Source: an uncultured Planctomycetaceae bacterium
GTDB lineage: Bacteria; Planctomycetota; Phycisphaerae; UBA1845; UTPLA1
Assembly: GCA_964549445.1 (NCBI GenBank)
Contig: CAZJVS010000001.1
Span: forward strand, 5,372 to 69,371
DNA: 64,000 bases
Reading direction: 5' to 3'
The notes under the pieces were generated by a model. The model had not been told where the DNA came from, searched no databases, and was given only the letters and a program-made list of their open reading frames with translations. Shown here one piece after another: positions 35,627 through 45,762 of the stretch. The position numbers and the translations under genes are program-made. How positions within the stretch are numbered: position 1 is the stretch's first letter; every line of letters begins with the position of its first letter.

Positions 35627-36442
35627 TCAGTTGCTGCAGCCGGCGGGGGGCTGAGAATTGGGCGTCCAGCCGTTGAAGTTGATGGTTACGTCGCCGCCAA
35701 AGCTCGCATTCCCAGCCCGCTGGACGTTGCAGAGCTGCGAACTGGAAAGCTCGGCGGTTCCGGGGCCGTTGTTGGGGGCCGGACAACCGTTAACCGGGTC
35801 CGGCGGGTTGGCGTTGCCGGTGCAGGTCGTGGCCTGCCACCCATAGACGCCGGGGATGTTTGCGTTCTGTCCGATATCCTTGTTTGCGAAGCTGGCAATG
35901 GGTGAGGGGGAGACATTGTCTGTCCACGGCGGGCCGCCATCAAGTTTGAACTCAATAAAGGCATTGGTTCCATTGACGTTGCTGATGTCAACCGTTTCAC
36001 CGGGGTGATTGATTGTAAACTCGGCCAGATTCGTCGCGTTCGGGTAGCACTGCGAGCCGCCGCAGCCCATCGCCGCAAAAGTCGGGCCAAAGGCGAAGTT
36101 GCCACTGAAGCTGCGATTGCCCGAATTGAAGTCGACGGCGGCGTTTGGGCCCAAAGTGAACGTTCCCTTGAGTCCTGTTCCATCGGGATAGGGCGTGATG
36201 TTCCAAGATGCCGGAAGTTGATTGACGTTGCCGATCCCGTATCCCGCCCCGAGCGTGATAAGAACAGGAACGGGCGAGCCGGTCGTATTTCAAACTCGCA
36301 GATTCGTGCCAATGCCGAAGAGTCGTCCGATGCCCGGGGGCCCGTGGTTAGAACATGCCGCCACCGCGAGCGCCATCGACGGAACGGCGATCAAAGCAAG
36401 CGAAAAGAGTTTCGATCGGGATAGGGCGGACGAATTCGTCAT
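35627..36442 (-). pseudogene. Thaumatin-like paralogue TLP2 interrupted by one in-frame TGA (36290-36292)
   Basis: Track ORFs 36290..36481 (signal peptide part, MTNSSALSRSKLFSLALIAVPSMALAVAAC..GTNLRV*) and 35627..36154 are in the same frame and separated only by this stop. Read-through gives ..GTNLRV*NTTGSPVPVLITLGAGYG.., which aligns to TLP1 ..GTKLVIRNNTGAPVPVLVTLGKGYA... The TGA aligns with the CGA (Arg) codon of TLP1. The C-terminal ~170 aa are about 80% identical to TLP1 by eye. Confidence 0.65.
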
Positions 36443-36662
36443 GCTTCCAGCTCCTGGGGCAGTCGAGCTTTGTCGTGACAACGGTCAGTGCCTGCCGGTT
36501 GACCGAGTGGAACCGGCTACGCCGCCGGTCCGTTTGGAATGAAGCTACCGTGCGTCGGCACGTATTTCTATCGGACTTGGCCGAATGCGCGGCGAGTCCT
36601 GGCGCGCACCGTCACCGGCCAATGACTCGTTGGCGTTTGGATCCGGACTCGGATCGTGTTCG

Positions 36663-36821
36663 CTAGACGAACTTGCAGGCAAGGATCTTGCTGAACAGGT
36701 GCAGCAGGTCCATTTTGGTCTGCAAGTGGAGGGTATTGACGGCAAGCGCAACGGCTGGCTCGACGGCGACCAAAATGGGCCGGAAGAAGGTTTCGAGAAA
36801 GCCGCAATAGAACGGTTCCAT
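36663..36821 (-). CDS. Candidate small hydrophobic protein (52 aa), below the track threshold
   Basis: My translation is MEPFYCGFLETFFRPILVAVEPAVALAVNTLHLQTKMDLLHLFSKILACKFV*. An AAGGA SD lies 5 nt upstream of the ATG, and third codon positions are G/C-rich as in neighbouring genes. No homology recognised. Confidence 0.35.
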   Translation of the reverse strand: MEPFYCGFLETFFRPILVAVEPAVALAVNTLHLQTKMDLLHLFSKILACKFV

Positions 36822-36985
36822 TGGATTCCTTTCGTCTCAGCACAGCATCGGGCTGAGGTCCCCGAGGCACTACTTGTATTTCGGCACGCGAGGGCGCCCA
36901 GCCGCTACGAATCCGGTTCGCAGGGCAGCCCAATCAAGACACGCGTCGGCCAGCGTTTACACCGGCCGATGCGGTCTGTCGGTTG

Positions 36986-38824
<1,839 letters not shown>

Positions 38825-38976
38825 GGTAAAGAGACAGTCTCCGCAGGTCGTCGGCTTTTTGGGGCCGGCGACTGGCGGCGTTGCGCGTCCGAACGGCCGG
38901 ACACGTCGGGTTAAGGTTTTTCCGGGTCGCCGCGGTGGGACCAACCGCACGCGAATGGCGACGACTCGGTGCGAGA

Positions 38977-39004
38977 AGTATAGCGGAAGGCGGATCGGCT
39001 GCAA
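38977..39004 (-). promoter_or_regulatory. Candidate sigma70-type promoter of rpsA
   Basis: On the minus strand: TTGCAG (39004-38999), 16 nt, TATACT (38982-38977). This would give a ~145-nt 5' UTR. Confidence 0.35.
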
Positions 39005-39117
39005 ATCGTTTGTGGATGGAAGGAAACGGGCGGGCGACTGGTGTATGGCGATTGTGAAATGGGGGCGGCTGCGAGGCCAATGCCGGGACGGAACCGGATA
39101 GACTTGGCGACCGAATC

Positions 39118-41007
39118 GTGACAGATACTCCCTCGACGTCTCTGAGCCGCGTTCGCAAAGTCCTTGAGGGGCGGCAACTGCCATTGGTGGTTACGGTCCT
39201 TGCACTGGCACTGTGTAGTCCGGGACTCTTTTCGGGGTTGGTGGTTGACGACTACCTGCATCGGGCGGCATTGCTGGGGGCACCCGGCTATCCGGAGTTG
39301 CGACGTCCGGCCGGAGACGCCTATGCGTTCGTTCGGGGCGGGCCTCAGGCGATTCAGCGCGACATGAAGCGGGGAATTCTCCCGTGGTGGTCGTCGCCGA
39401 ATTTGCGGCTGGCGTTCTGGCGACCGCTGTCGGGATGGCTTCACTGGATTGACTGGCACGCGTGGCCGAACCACCCGGTTCTGATGCATCTGCACTCATT
39501 CGTCTGGCTTGCCGTGGCGACTTTTGCGGCGGCCGTGTTCTACCGGCGGTTGATCCGGCCGATGTGGGTGGGTGGCCTCGCGGCACTGATTTTCGCGATC
39601 GACGACGCGCGGGCTGCGGCGGCAATCTGGATCGCCGATCGAAATGCGATCAGCGGGTTGGCGCTTGGTTTGCTGGCGCTGCTTTCGTATCAAAGTGCGC
39701 GGAGCGGACGCGGGCGATCGGGAGTTTGGCTCACGCCGGTGCTGTTTGGGCTGGCGCTGCTGGCGAACGAGGGATCGATTGCGATTGCCGGATATCTGGC
39801 GGCGTACGCCGCGTTCGTTGACACAGGACCGTGGTTGCGGCGAGTGACGGGCCTTTTTCCATGTGCTGCGGTCGCGTTCGTCTGGCTGATTGCGTACAGG
39901 GCCGGCGGTTACGGGGTCCACGATGCAACGATGTATATCGATCCGATCGGGGAGAGCGGGCGCTTTCTGCGAGCGGCGATGACGCATCTGCCGCTGCTGG
40001 TGTGGGGGCAGTGGATGACGCCACCGGCCGAGCTGTCGATGTTCCTCTCGCGCGGTGCGGTGCTTCTGTTTGCCGCATTGGGCGGCGGGTTTGCCCTGTT
40101 GCTGGCTTGGATCATCTGGCCGTTGTTGAAGCGTGATCCGGTCGCACGATTCTTCGCGGCGGGGATGTTGTTCGCGATCGTGCCAGTCTGCGCGACGACG
40201 GCCCAGGATCGGTTGTTACAGATCGTCGGGGTCGGCGGAGCGGGTTTGATTGCTCTCTTTCTGGCGGGCGTTGCGGAGCGGGCGGATTGGGTCAGGAGCC
40301 GCGGATTCGGGCGAGGTTGTTCTCGCGTGCTGGCGGTTGTGCTGGTTGTCGTGCATCTGATTGTGGCACCGGTTCACCTCGCGCTGTCCGGGGAGCAATA
40401 TCGCAATCTCGGACGGACGATGGAACGGACCGCAGCGACCCTCCCGGCCGACGAGGCGTCGCGAGGGAAGCAATGGCTCGTCGTTTACACGCCGTCGGCG
40501 TTTTTCACTCTGTTTTCGCCTGCCGTGCGGGCGATGCGAGGCGAGACAGCGCCGGAACGTCTGGTTGTGCTATCGGCGGGGATTCGCGGCGCCGAGATTG
40601 AGCGCCGCGATGCAAAGACGCTTCGGATTCGGATGCCGGGTGGGTTTCTTCCTCGTCCCGGGACACCGGCGCCGGAGCGATCGGCCGGAGCGATCGAGTT
40701 TGACGTGAGTTATGTATCGCAACTCCTGGACTTGTTGTTTCGGCGCGATGACGCGCGCTTTGCACGCGGAGACACCGTAGGGCTCGGCGGGCTCGATATC
40801 GAAGTGACGCGCGTGACTGAGAATGGGCGGGCAGAGGAAGTCGAGTACCGCTTTGATCGGCCGCTGGACGATGGCGGGTATCGTTGGTTGATCTGGAACG
40901 AGCGGGGCGGGTATGAGGAGTTTACGTTGCCTGCCATCGGGGAGGTGCGGACGATGAGCCCGGCGACGTTGACGCGGACCAAGGCGGGGGCAAAGAAGGC
41001 ACGTTGA
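39118..41007 (+). CDS. Polytopic membrane protein (629 aa), distantly GT-C-like
   Basis: GTG start with at least 10 TM segments. The first-loop motif is GLVVDDYLHRAALLG. A C-terminal soluble domain of about 170 aa follows. No family recognised with confidence. Confidence 0.7.
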   Translation: MTDTPSTSLSRVRKVLEGRQLPLVVTVLALALCSPGLFSGLVVDDYLHRAALLGAPGYPELRRPAGDAYAFVRGGPQAIQRDMKRGILPWWSSPNLRLAFWRPLSGWLHWIDWHAWPNHPVLMHLHSFVWLAVATFAAAVFYRRLIRPMWVGGLAALIFAIDDARAAAAIWIADRNAISGLALGLLALLSYQSARSGRGRSGVWLTPVLFGLALLANEGSIAIAGYLAAYAAFVDTGPWLRRVTGLFPCAAVAFVWLIAYRAGGYGVHDATMYIDPIGESGRFLRAAMTHLPLLVWGQWMTPPAELSMFLSRGAVLLFAALGGGFALLLAWIIWPLLKRDPVARFFAAGMLFAIVPVCATTAQDRLLQIVGVGGAGLIALFLAGVAERADWVRSRGFGRGCSRVLAVVLVVVHLIVAPVHLALSGEQYRNLGRTMERTAATLPADEASRGKQWLVVYTPSAFFTLFSPAVRAMRGETAPERLVVLSAGIRGAEIERRDAKTLRIRMPGGFLPRPGTPAPERSAGAIEFDVSYVSQLLDLLFRRDDARFARGDTVGLGGLDIEVTRVTENGRAEEVEYRFDRPLDDGGYRWLIWNERGGYEEFTLPAIGEVRTMSPATLTRTKAGAKKAR

Positions 41008-41041
41008 GCACGTCGGCGCGAGAGTGTGATAGACTGGCTCG

Positions 41042-42985
41042 ATGGGCCTGATTCAGATTCAGAAGGTGAGGAAGCAGCTTGGCGGGCGCGTGGTGCTCGA
41101 CGAGCTATCCCTTGATTTGCATTCGGGTGAGAAGGTTGGGCTGATCGGGGCCAACGGAGCGGGGAAAACGACGCTTTTCAAACTGATCACCGGGGCGCTG
41201 AAACCGGATTGGGGGACCGTGACGATTTCGCGCGGGCTTGAGGTCGGGTACTTGCCGCAGGAACCGCAGGTTGAGGCGGGACGTACCCTGCATGATGAGG
41301 TGCTGAGCGCGTTTGCAGAGGTGCTTGAGTTCGAACAGAAGCTGCACGAGATTTCGGAGCGGATGGCGACGACACCGGCGGGTGGCGCTCTCGACGAACT
41401 GATGGAGCGATACGATCGGACCAATGCGGAGTTTGTGACGGCTGGAGGATACAGCTACGAGCAGCGGCTCGAGGCGATCCTGCATGGACTGGGGTTTTCG
41501 CCCGGAGATTATTCGAAGTCGATGGGCGTTTTGTCGGGTGGACAGAAGTGCCGGGCAGCGCTGGCGAAGCTGCTCCTGGCGGAATCGCAGTTTCTTCTGC
41601 TGGATGAGCCGACGAACCACCTCGATATCGATGCGGTGAGGTGGCTCGAGAAGTTTCTGGCCGGCCATCGCGGCGGGGCCGTGATCATCTCGCACGATCG
41701 GTACCTTCTGGATCGCGTGTCAGACCGTATTGTTGAGATCGAGCATGGGCGGGTGAAGTCGTATCCGGGGAATTACTCGGCGTACGTCGAGCAGCGCGAC
41801 GTGCAGCGATTGACGCAGGAGCGGCAGTTCGAAAAGGACCGGGCGTTCATTGAGAAGGAGCGGGCGTTCATTCAGCGGCACATGGGGTCGCAGCGAACGG
41901 CGGAGGCGCGCGGGCGGCGCACGCGACTGGAGCGGCGGACGAAGTCGGGGGAGTTTACGCTGGAGCGGCCCGGCGAGCAGCGGAAAGTTTCGATTCGTTT
42001 TGAGGATGATGACGGCCCGTCGCTGGCGGGGCGGGATGTGTTGGAGATCGGCGGGCTTGCAAAGGCGTACGGCGACCATCGACTGTTTTCGGAGTTGTCG
42101 CTCAAGGTCGAGGCGGAACAGCGGCTGGGTATTACGGGGCCGAACGGGACTGGAAAATCGACGCTGCTGAAGATCGCGATGGGGCAGATTTCGGCGGACG
42201 AAGGTACGCATCGATTCGCGCCGAAGGCGACGGTCGGGTACTTCGCCCAGGACACGACGGAACTGGACCCGCAACGGACGATCGTCGATGAAATACTGGC
42301 GGTACGAAAGGAACTGAAGGAGGCGGGGGCGCGATCATACGCGGCGCGGTTCCTGTTTCGCGATGACGATCCATTCAAACTCATCGGGTCGCTGTCGGGC
42401 GGAGAGCAGTCGCGGGTGCGGCTGATGAAGCTCATCCTGGCGAGCCCGAACCTGCTGCTGCTGGATGAGCCGACGAATCACCTGGACATCGCGTCGCGCG
42501 AGGTGCTCGAGGAAGCACTGCTGGAGTTCCCCGGCACAATCGTTGCGGTGAGTCACGATCGATACTTCCTCGATCGTCTTTGCAATCGGCTGCTGGTGCT
42601 GAGGTCCGACGGTCATGTTGTATTCGAGGGGAATTACTCGGCGTACATCGAGCAGACGGAGCGGGAGAAGGCCGGCGCGGAGGCGGCGGCCGAGAAAGCG
42701 AAGGCAAAGTCTGGGTCGCGGCGCCCGGCGCGGGACTCAGACGAAGTCGCGAAGAAGCCAAACAAGGCAAAGTCGCGGTTCGCGAAGAAAAGCGTGGAGG
42801 AAATCGAGGCATTCATTATTGAGCGCGAGGCGAAGCTCGAAGAGATCCACGCCCGGTTCGGCGCCCCGGAGGTCTACTCCGACGGTGCGGCTGTGACGAA
42901 ACTCCAGGCGGAGTTTGATGGGATTAGGGCTGAGTTGCAGGAGGCGGAGGCGGAGTGGTACTCGCGGGGTGAGGCGTCCGGATAG
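41042..42985 (+). CDS. ABC-F family ATPase (Uup/YheS-like, two ABC domains plus C-terminal coiled coil)
   Basis: 647 aa with two Walker A motifs (GANGAGKTT, GPNGTGKST), two LSGGQ-type signatures (LSGGQKCR, LSGGEQSR) and two Walker B motifs (LLLDEPTNHLD twice). There are no TM domains. The C-terminus is Lys/Glu-rich and helical. Confidence 0.9.
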   Translation: MGLIQIQKVRKQLGGRVVLDELSLDLHSGEKVGLIGANGAGKTTLFKLITGALKPDWGTVTISRGLEVGYLPQEPQVEAGRTLHDEVLSAFAEVLEFEQKLHEISERMATTPAGGALDELMERYDRTNAEFVTAGGYSYEQRLEAILHGLGFSPGDYSKSMGVLSGGQKCRAALAKLLLAESQFLLLDEPTNHLDIDAVRWLEKFLAGHRGGAVIISHDRYLLDRVSDRIVEIEHGRVKSYPGNYSAYVEQRDVQRLTQERQFEKDRAFIEKERAFIQRHMGSQRTAEARGRRTRLERRTKSGEFTLERPGEQRKVSIRFEDDDGPSLAGRDVLEIGGLAKAYGDHRLFSELSLKVEAEQRLGITGPNGTGKSTLLKIAMGQISADEGTHRFAPKATVGYFAQDTTELDPQRTIVDEILAVRKELKEAGARSYAARFLFRDDDPFKLIGSLSGGEQSRVRLMKLILASPNLLLLDEPTNHLDIASREVLEEALLEFPGTIVAVSHDRYFLDRLCNRLLVLRSDGHVVFEGNYSAYIEQTEREKAGAEAAAEKAKAKSGSRRPARDSDEVAKKPNKAKSRFAKKSVEEIEAFIIEREAKLEEIHARFGAPEVYSDGAAVTKLQAEFDGIRAELQEAEAEWYSRGEASG

Positions 42986-43108
42986 CAGTCGCATCGACCG
43001 GAAGATTGCCGAGCGGGGACCTTTTCTGAGCATTGCGGCAGTTTCGAAAGCGTGGAAGCATGTTGAATCTTCCGAAACCGTGGACTCTCGGGCGACAAAA
43101 GAGTAAGA

Positions 43109-43132
43109 GGCACTGACAAACGCGTCAGTGCC
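43109..43132. terminator. Bidirectional hairpin terminator candidate between the ABC-F gene and the convergent small ORF
   Basis: A 9-bp perfect stem, GGCACTGAC (43109-43117) with GTCAGTGCC (43124-43132), encloses a 6-nt loop. T-rich sequence follows on the minus strand (CTCTTACTCTTTTG) and, more weakly, on the plus strand. Confidence 0.5.
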
Positions 43133-43171
43133 CCCACATCCGTTTGATTTCGGTGTGATGATCGGACTCGT

Positions 43172-43282
43172 CTACTGCGGAATCGAGATGGGACCGTGGA
43201 ACATTCGGATGACGGTGTACGCAATCCCGATCGAACCGATTACCAGCGCAACCAGCGCCAATGCGCGCAATGCACCCTTCAT
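43172..43282 (-). CDS. Candidate 36-aa single-TM membrane peptide, below the track threshold
   Basis: My translation is MKGALRALALVALVIGSIGIAYTVIRMFHGPISIPQ*. A GGAGG SD lies 8 nt upstream of the ATG, and the hairpin at 43109-43132 follows the stop. Confidence 0.45.
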   Translation of the reverse strand: MKGALRALALVALVIGSIGIAYTVIRMFHGPISIPQ

Positions 43283-43357
43283 ATCAGAGACCTCCGTTGA
43301 GGTTAGAAACTTTGGTGTCTCAGCGAAATTCTTGACGAGCGTGGGGTGGATTGCCGT

Positions 43358-43744
43358 TCAAATGCTGAGCAGGCAGATTGCTATGCAAAGTCGGCAATGG
43401 CCGGCGTAGTTCGAGGATGGGAGTGCCTGTTGACCGGAAAGAGAGAACGGGCGGTCACAGCCCGAGACCCGGTCGGGCCCGGAGATCGTTGGCGGAGTTG
43501 CTCGAAGCGCGAATGGATTGAATGTTGTCGGGTCGAGTTTTGACTGGAGGGCAGGCGATTCGAGCGGTCCATGGCCGCGTTCCGACAACGCGAACCGATC
43601 GGATTCGTTGCTCCTTGCGTCGAAATTGAGCCGATCGGCGGGGTCGAATTGCAGGCAGCCGACGGCAGCGAGAATCAGCAGGCCGGCACGCAAGACACGA
43701 ATCGTAGCGGGGTGTGTAGTTGAGATCGGCATCAGCGACTTCAT
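43358..43744 (-). CDS. Putative small lipoprotein (128 aa)
   Basis: ATG start with a signal peptide and lipobox-like LAAVGC. The region is AT-richer than its surroundings. No family recognised. Confidence 0.4.
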   Translation of the reverse strand: MKSLMPISTTHPATIRVLRAGLLILAAVGCLQFDPADRLNFDARSNESDRFALSERGHGPLESPALQSKLDPTTFNPFALRATPPTISGPDRVSGCDRPFSLSGQQALPSSNYAGHCRLCIAICLLSI

Positions 43745-43817
43745 GGTTAGTCCGGTCGGACAACGAATCCAGTATCGCGGACCGTCCGCGGGCCGGGCGG
43801 CGTAGGAGCGCGATCAC

Positions 43818-43845
43818 TTGATGGCGGTTGGCGTATGGCTAAGAT
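43818..43845 (+). promoter_or_regulatory. Candidate promoter for tRNA(CAT)
   Basis: TTGATG (43818-43823), 16 nt, TAAGAT (43840-43845), about 55 nt upstream of the tRNA. Confidence 0.3.
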
Positions 43846-43900
43846 CGACCGTGCGGCCCCGGGCGATGAGCGGTGGGCGGAAGCAAGCAGAGAATGACGC

Positions 43901-43973
43901 GGGCCCGTAGCTCAATGGTTAGAGCAGGGGACTCATAATCTCCGGGTTCTCGGTTCGAGTCCGAGCGGGCCCA
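43901..43973 (+). tRNA. tRNA with CAT anticodon (Met, or Ile2 after lysidine modification)
   Basis: Cloverleaf: GGGCCCG TA GCTC AATGGTTA GAGC A GGGGA CTCATAA TCTCC GGGTT CTCGG TTCGAGT CCGAG CGGGCCC A. The G1-C72 pair argues against an initiator tRNA. The D-arm and anticodon-arm sequence GGTTAGAGCAGGgGACTCATAATC resembles E. coli ileX (as I recall it) more than metT. Confidence 0.9.
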
Positions 43974-44004
43974 ATGAGGATCGCATGGCAACGCGGGAAC
44001 AACG

Positions 44005-44544
44005 ATGACAGAACGAGGCGAGGGACGGCCGAAGTCGTTTGATCGCACGGATTGGGGGTCGCTGGACGCGGAGCAAGCGCGCTACCTGCGGCGGCGGATC
44101 CAGTTCTGGAAGAGCGTGGCGGGGATGCTGGGACTGGGGATTGCGCTGGCGGTCGTTGTTTTTTTTGTGCGGCGGTCGACGTTCGTTGATCGTTGTCGCG
44201 CTTCGCTCGACCATTATGGTCGTGTCGCCGAGGCGCTGAAGCTGAGTCAGTTTGATACGGCGATGCTGACGCTGCAGTGGCGAAACCTCGACCCGGCGAA
44301 GGATGGCTATCCCGCGTCGCACTACCAGATTGTGCCGCAGAATTGGGCAGCGACACCGAAAGAGGGAGAGGAAATCCCGCTCGCGGTCTGCGAGGAAGTT
44401 CACGGAACGATTACGGGTGGCGGCCGGAACGTGCTGTACCGGACGCCGAAGGGAATGCTGGTGCGGTTTGTTGACGAACCGGCGGCGGCCGAGATTGCGG
44501 CGCAGGGGGTGCGAGGCGAGCGGATGCTGCCGCAGGTGCGATAG
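44005..44544 (+). CDS. Membrane-anchored hypothetical protein (179 aa)
   Basis: ATG start, with one TM helix (VAGMLGLGIALAVVVFFV) after a charged N-terminus. The composition is protein-like, unlike the Arg/Pro/Ser-rich antisense ORF 43933..44652. Confidence 0.55.
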   Translation: MTERGEGRPKSFDRTDWGSLDAEQARYLRRRIQFWKSVAGMLGLGIALAVVVFFVRRSTFVDRCRASLDHYGRVAEALKLSQFDTAMLTLQWRNLDPAKDGYPASHYQIVPQNWAATPKEGEEIPLAVCEEVHGTITGGGRNVLYRTPKGMLVRFVDEPAAAEIAAQGVRGERMLPQVR

Positions 44545-44554
44545 CAGAGCGAAG

Positions 44555-45646
44555 TCACGCGGGGCTGTCGATCCATCCGCCGGCAACCACGGTGTCGCCG
44601 GAATAACCCACGACGGCCTGTCCCGGGGTGATCGCGGACTGCGGCTCATCAAAATCGACTTGAATTCGGCTGTTGGGAAGCGGTGTGATTACCGCGGGGG
44701 CAGCGGTGTGGTTGTACCGAATCCGTGCGTCGGCGCGGATGGGCCGGTCAGGTACTTCGGTCCACCAAATGACCTGCGAAGCGCAGAATGACGCTGACCT
44801 GACGGAATCGGCCGGACCAACCGTGACCGTGTTCGTCTTGGGATCGAGACTTGTGACATAAACGGGGCTGCCGACGGCGACACGGAGACCGTGACGTTGG
44901 CCGATCGTGAATTGGGCGAGCCCGTCGTGAAAGCCGAGTGTCCGACCGTCTTGATGACGGATTTCACCGGGACGGAGTGCGTCCGGGCGACGCTCGCGGA
45001 CGACGGCGGCATAGTCGCGGTCGGGGACAAAGCAGATGTCCTGGGATTCGGGCTTGTCGAAGACGCCGAGGCCGAGGCGACGGGCATGGTCACGGACTTC
45101 GTCCTTCGACAGGTCACCGATGGGGAAGATGGTCCGCTCGCGGGCTGCGGGTGGAAGCCCGAAGAGGACATAGGATTGATCCTTGCGGTCGAAACGGGCG
45201 CGGCGAAGTCGCGGGCGGTCATCCACACGATCGAGTCGGGCATAGTGGCCGGTCGCGATGCGATCGGCGGAGACGACATCGGCGTAGTTGAGGAGTTTCC
45301 CAAACTTGAGCCACTGGTTGCAGAGGACGCAGGGGTTGGGGGTTCGGGCGTTCGCGTACTCATCCGCGAAGTAGTCGATAAGGCGCGAAAAATCCTCCTC
45401 GAAATTCAGGGCATAGAACGGGATGTTGAGCTGGCCGGCGACGCGGCGGGCGTCGGCGGCGTCGGCCGCGGAGCAGCAGCCGCGATGGCGATCGGCAATC
45501 GGCAGGAGTGGATCGGGTGGCGTGTGATTGCCCACACGCATGAATACACCGACGACGTCGGCGCCCTGCTCAACGAGCAGGGCGGCCGCGACGCTGCTGT
45601 CGACTCCGCCCGACATGGCTACCAGTACTCGTCCGGTTGCGGCCAT
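44555..45646 (-). CDS. mnmA: tRNA 2-thiouridine(34) synthase MnmA
   Basis: I chose ATG 45646 within track ORF 44555..45739. It has the PP-loop VLVAMSGGVDSSVAAALL, a catalytic Cys context (PNPCVLCNQWLKF) and ..DQSYVLF.. Confidence 0.9.
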   Translation of the reverse strand: MAATGRVLVAMSGGVDSSVAAALLVEQGADVVGVFMRVGNHTPPDPLLPIADRHRGCCSAADAADARRVAGQLNIPFYALNFEEDFSRLIDYFADEYANARTPNPCVLCNQWLKFGKLLNYADVVSADRIATGHYARLDRVDDRPRLRRARFDRKDQSYVLFGLPPAARERTIFPIGDLSKDEVRDHARRLGLGVFDKPESQDICFVPDRDYAAVVRERRPDALRPGEIRHQDGRTLGFHDGLAQFTIGQRHGLRVAVGSPVYVTSLDPKTNTVTVGPADSVRSASFCASQVIWWTEVPDRPIRADARIRYNHTAAPAVITPLPNSRIQVDFDEPQSAITPGQAVVGYSGDTVVAGGWIDSPA

Positions 45647-45762
45647 TGTGCTTAGTGTAGCGCCGGCGGGTGCGAGGCTCAAACACGCAAACGAAAAGAA
45701 GAGGGCCGCCCCGCAACGGCGAGGCGGCCCTGAAGTCACTCAAGAAAGCGAGATCTTATCAG

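Noticed and set aside
36290-36292. TGA as selenocysteine or programmed recoding in the thaumatin-like gene
   Set aside because: The paralogue has Arg (CGA) at this position, not Cys or Sec. I saw no obvious SECIS-like hairpin immediately downstream, and a single transition explains the stop. A nonsense mutation or sequencing error is more parsimonious.
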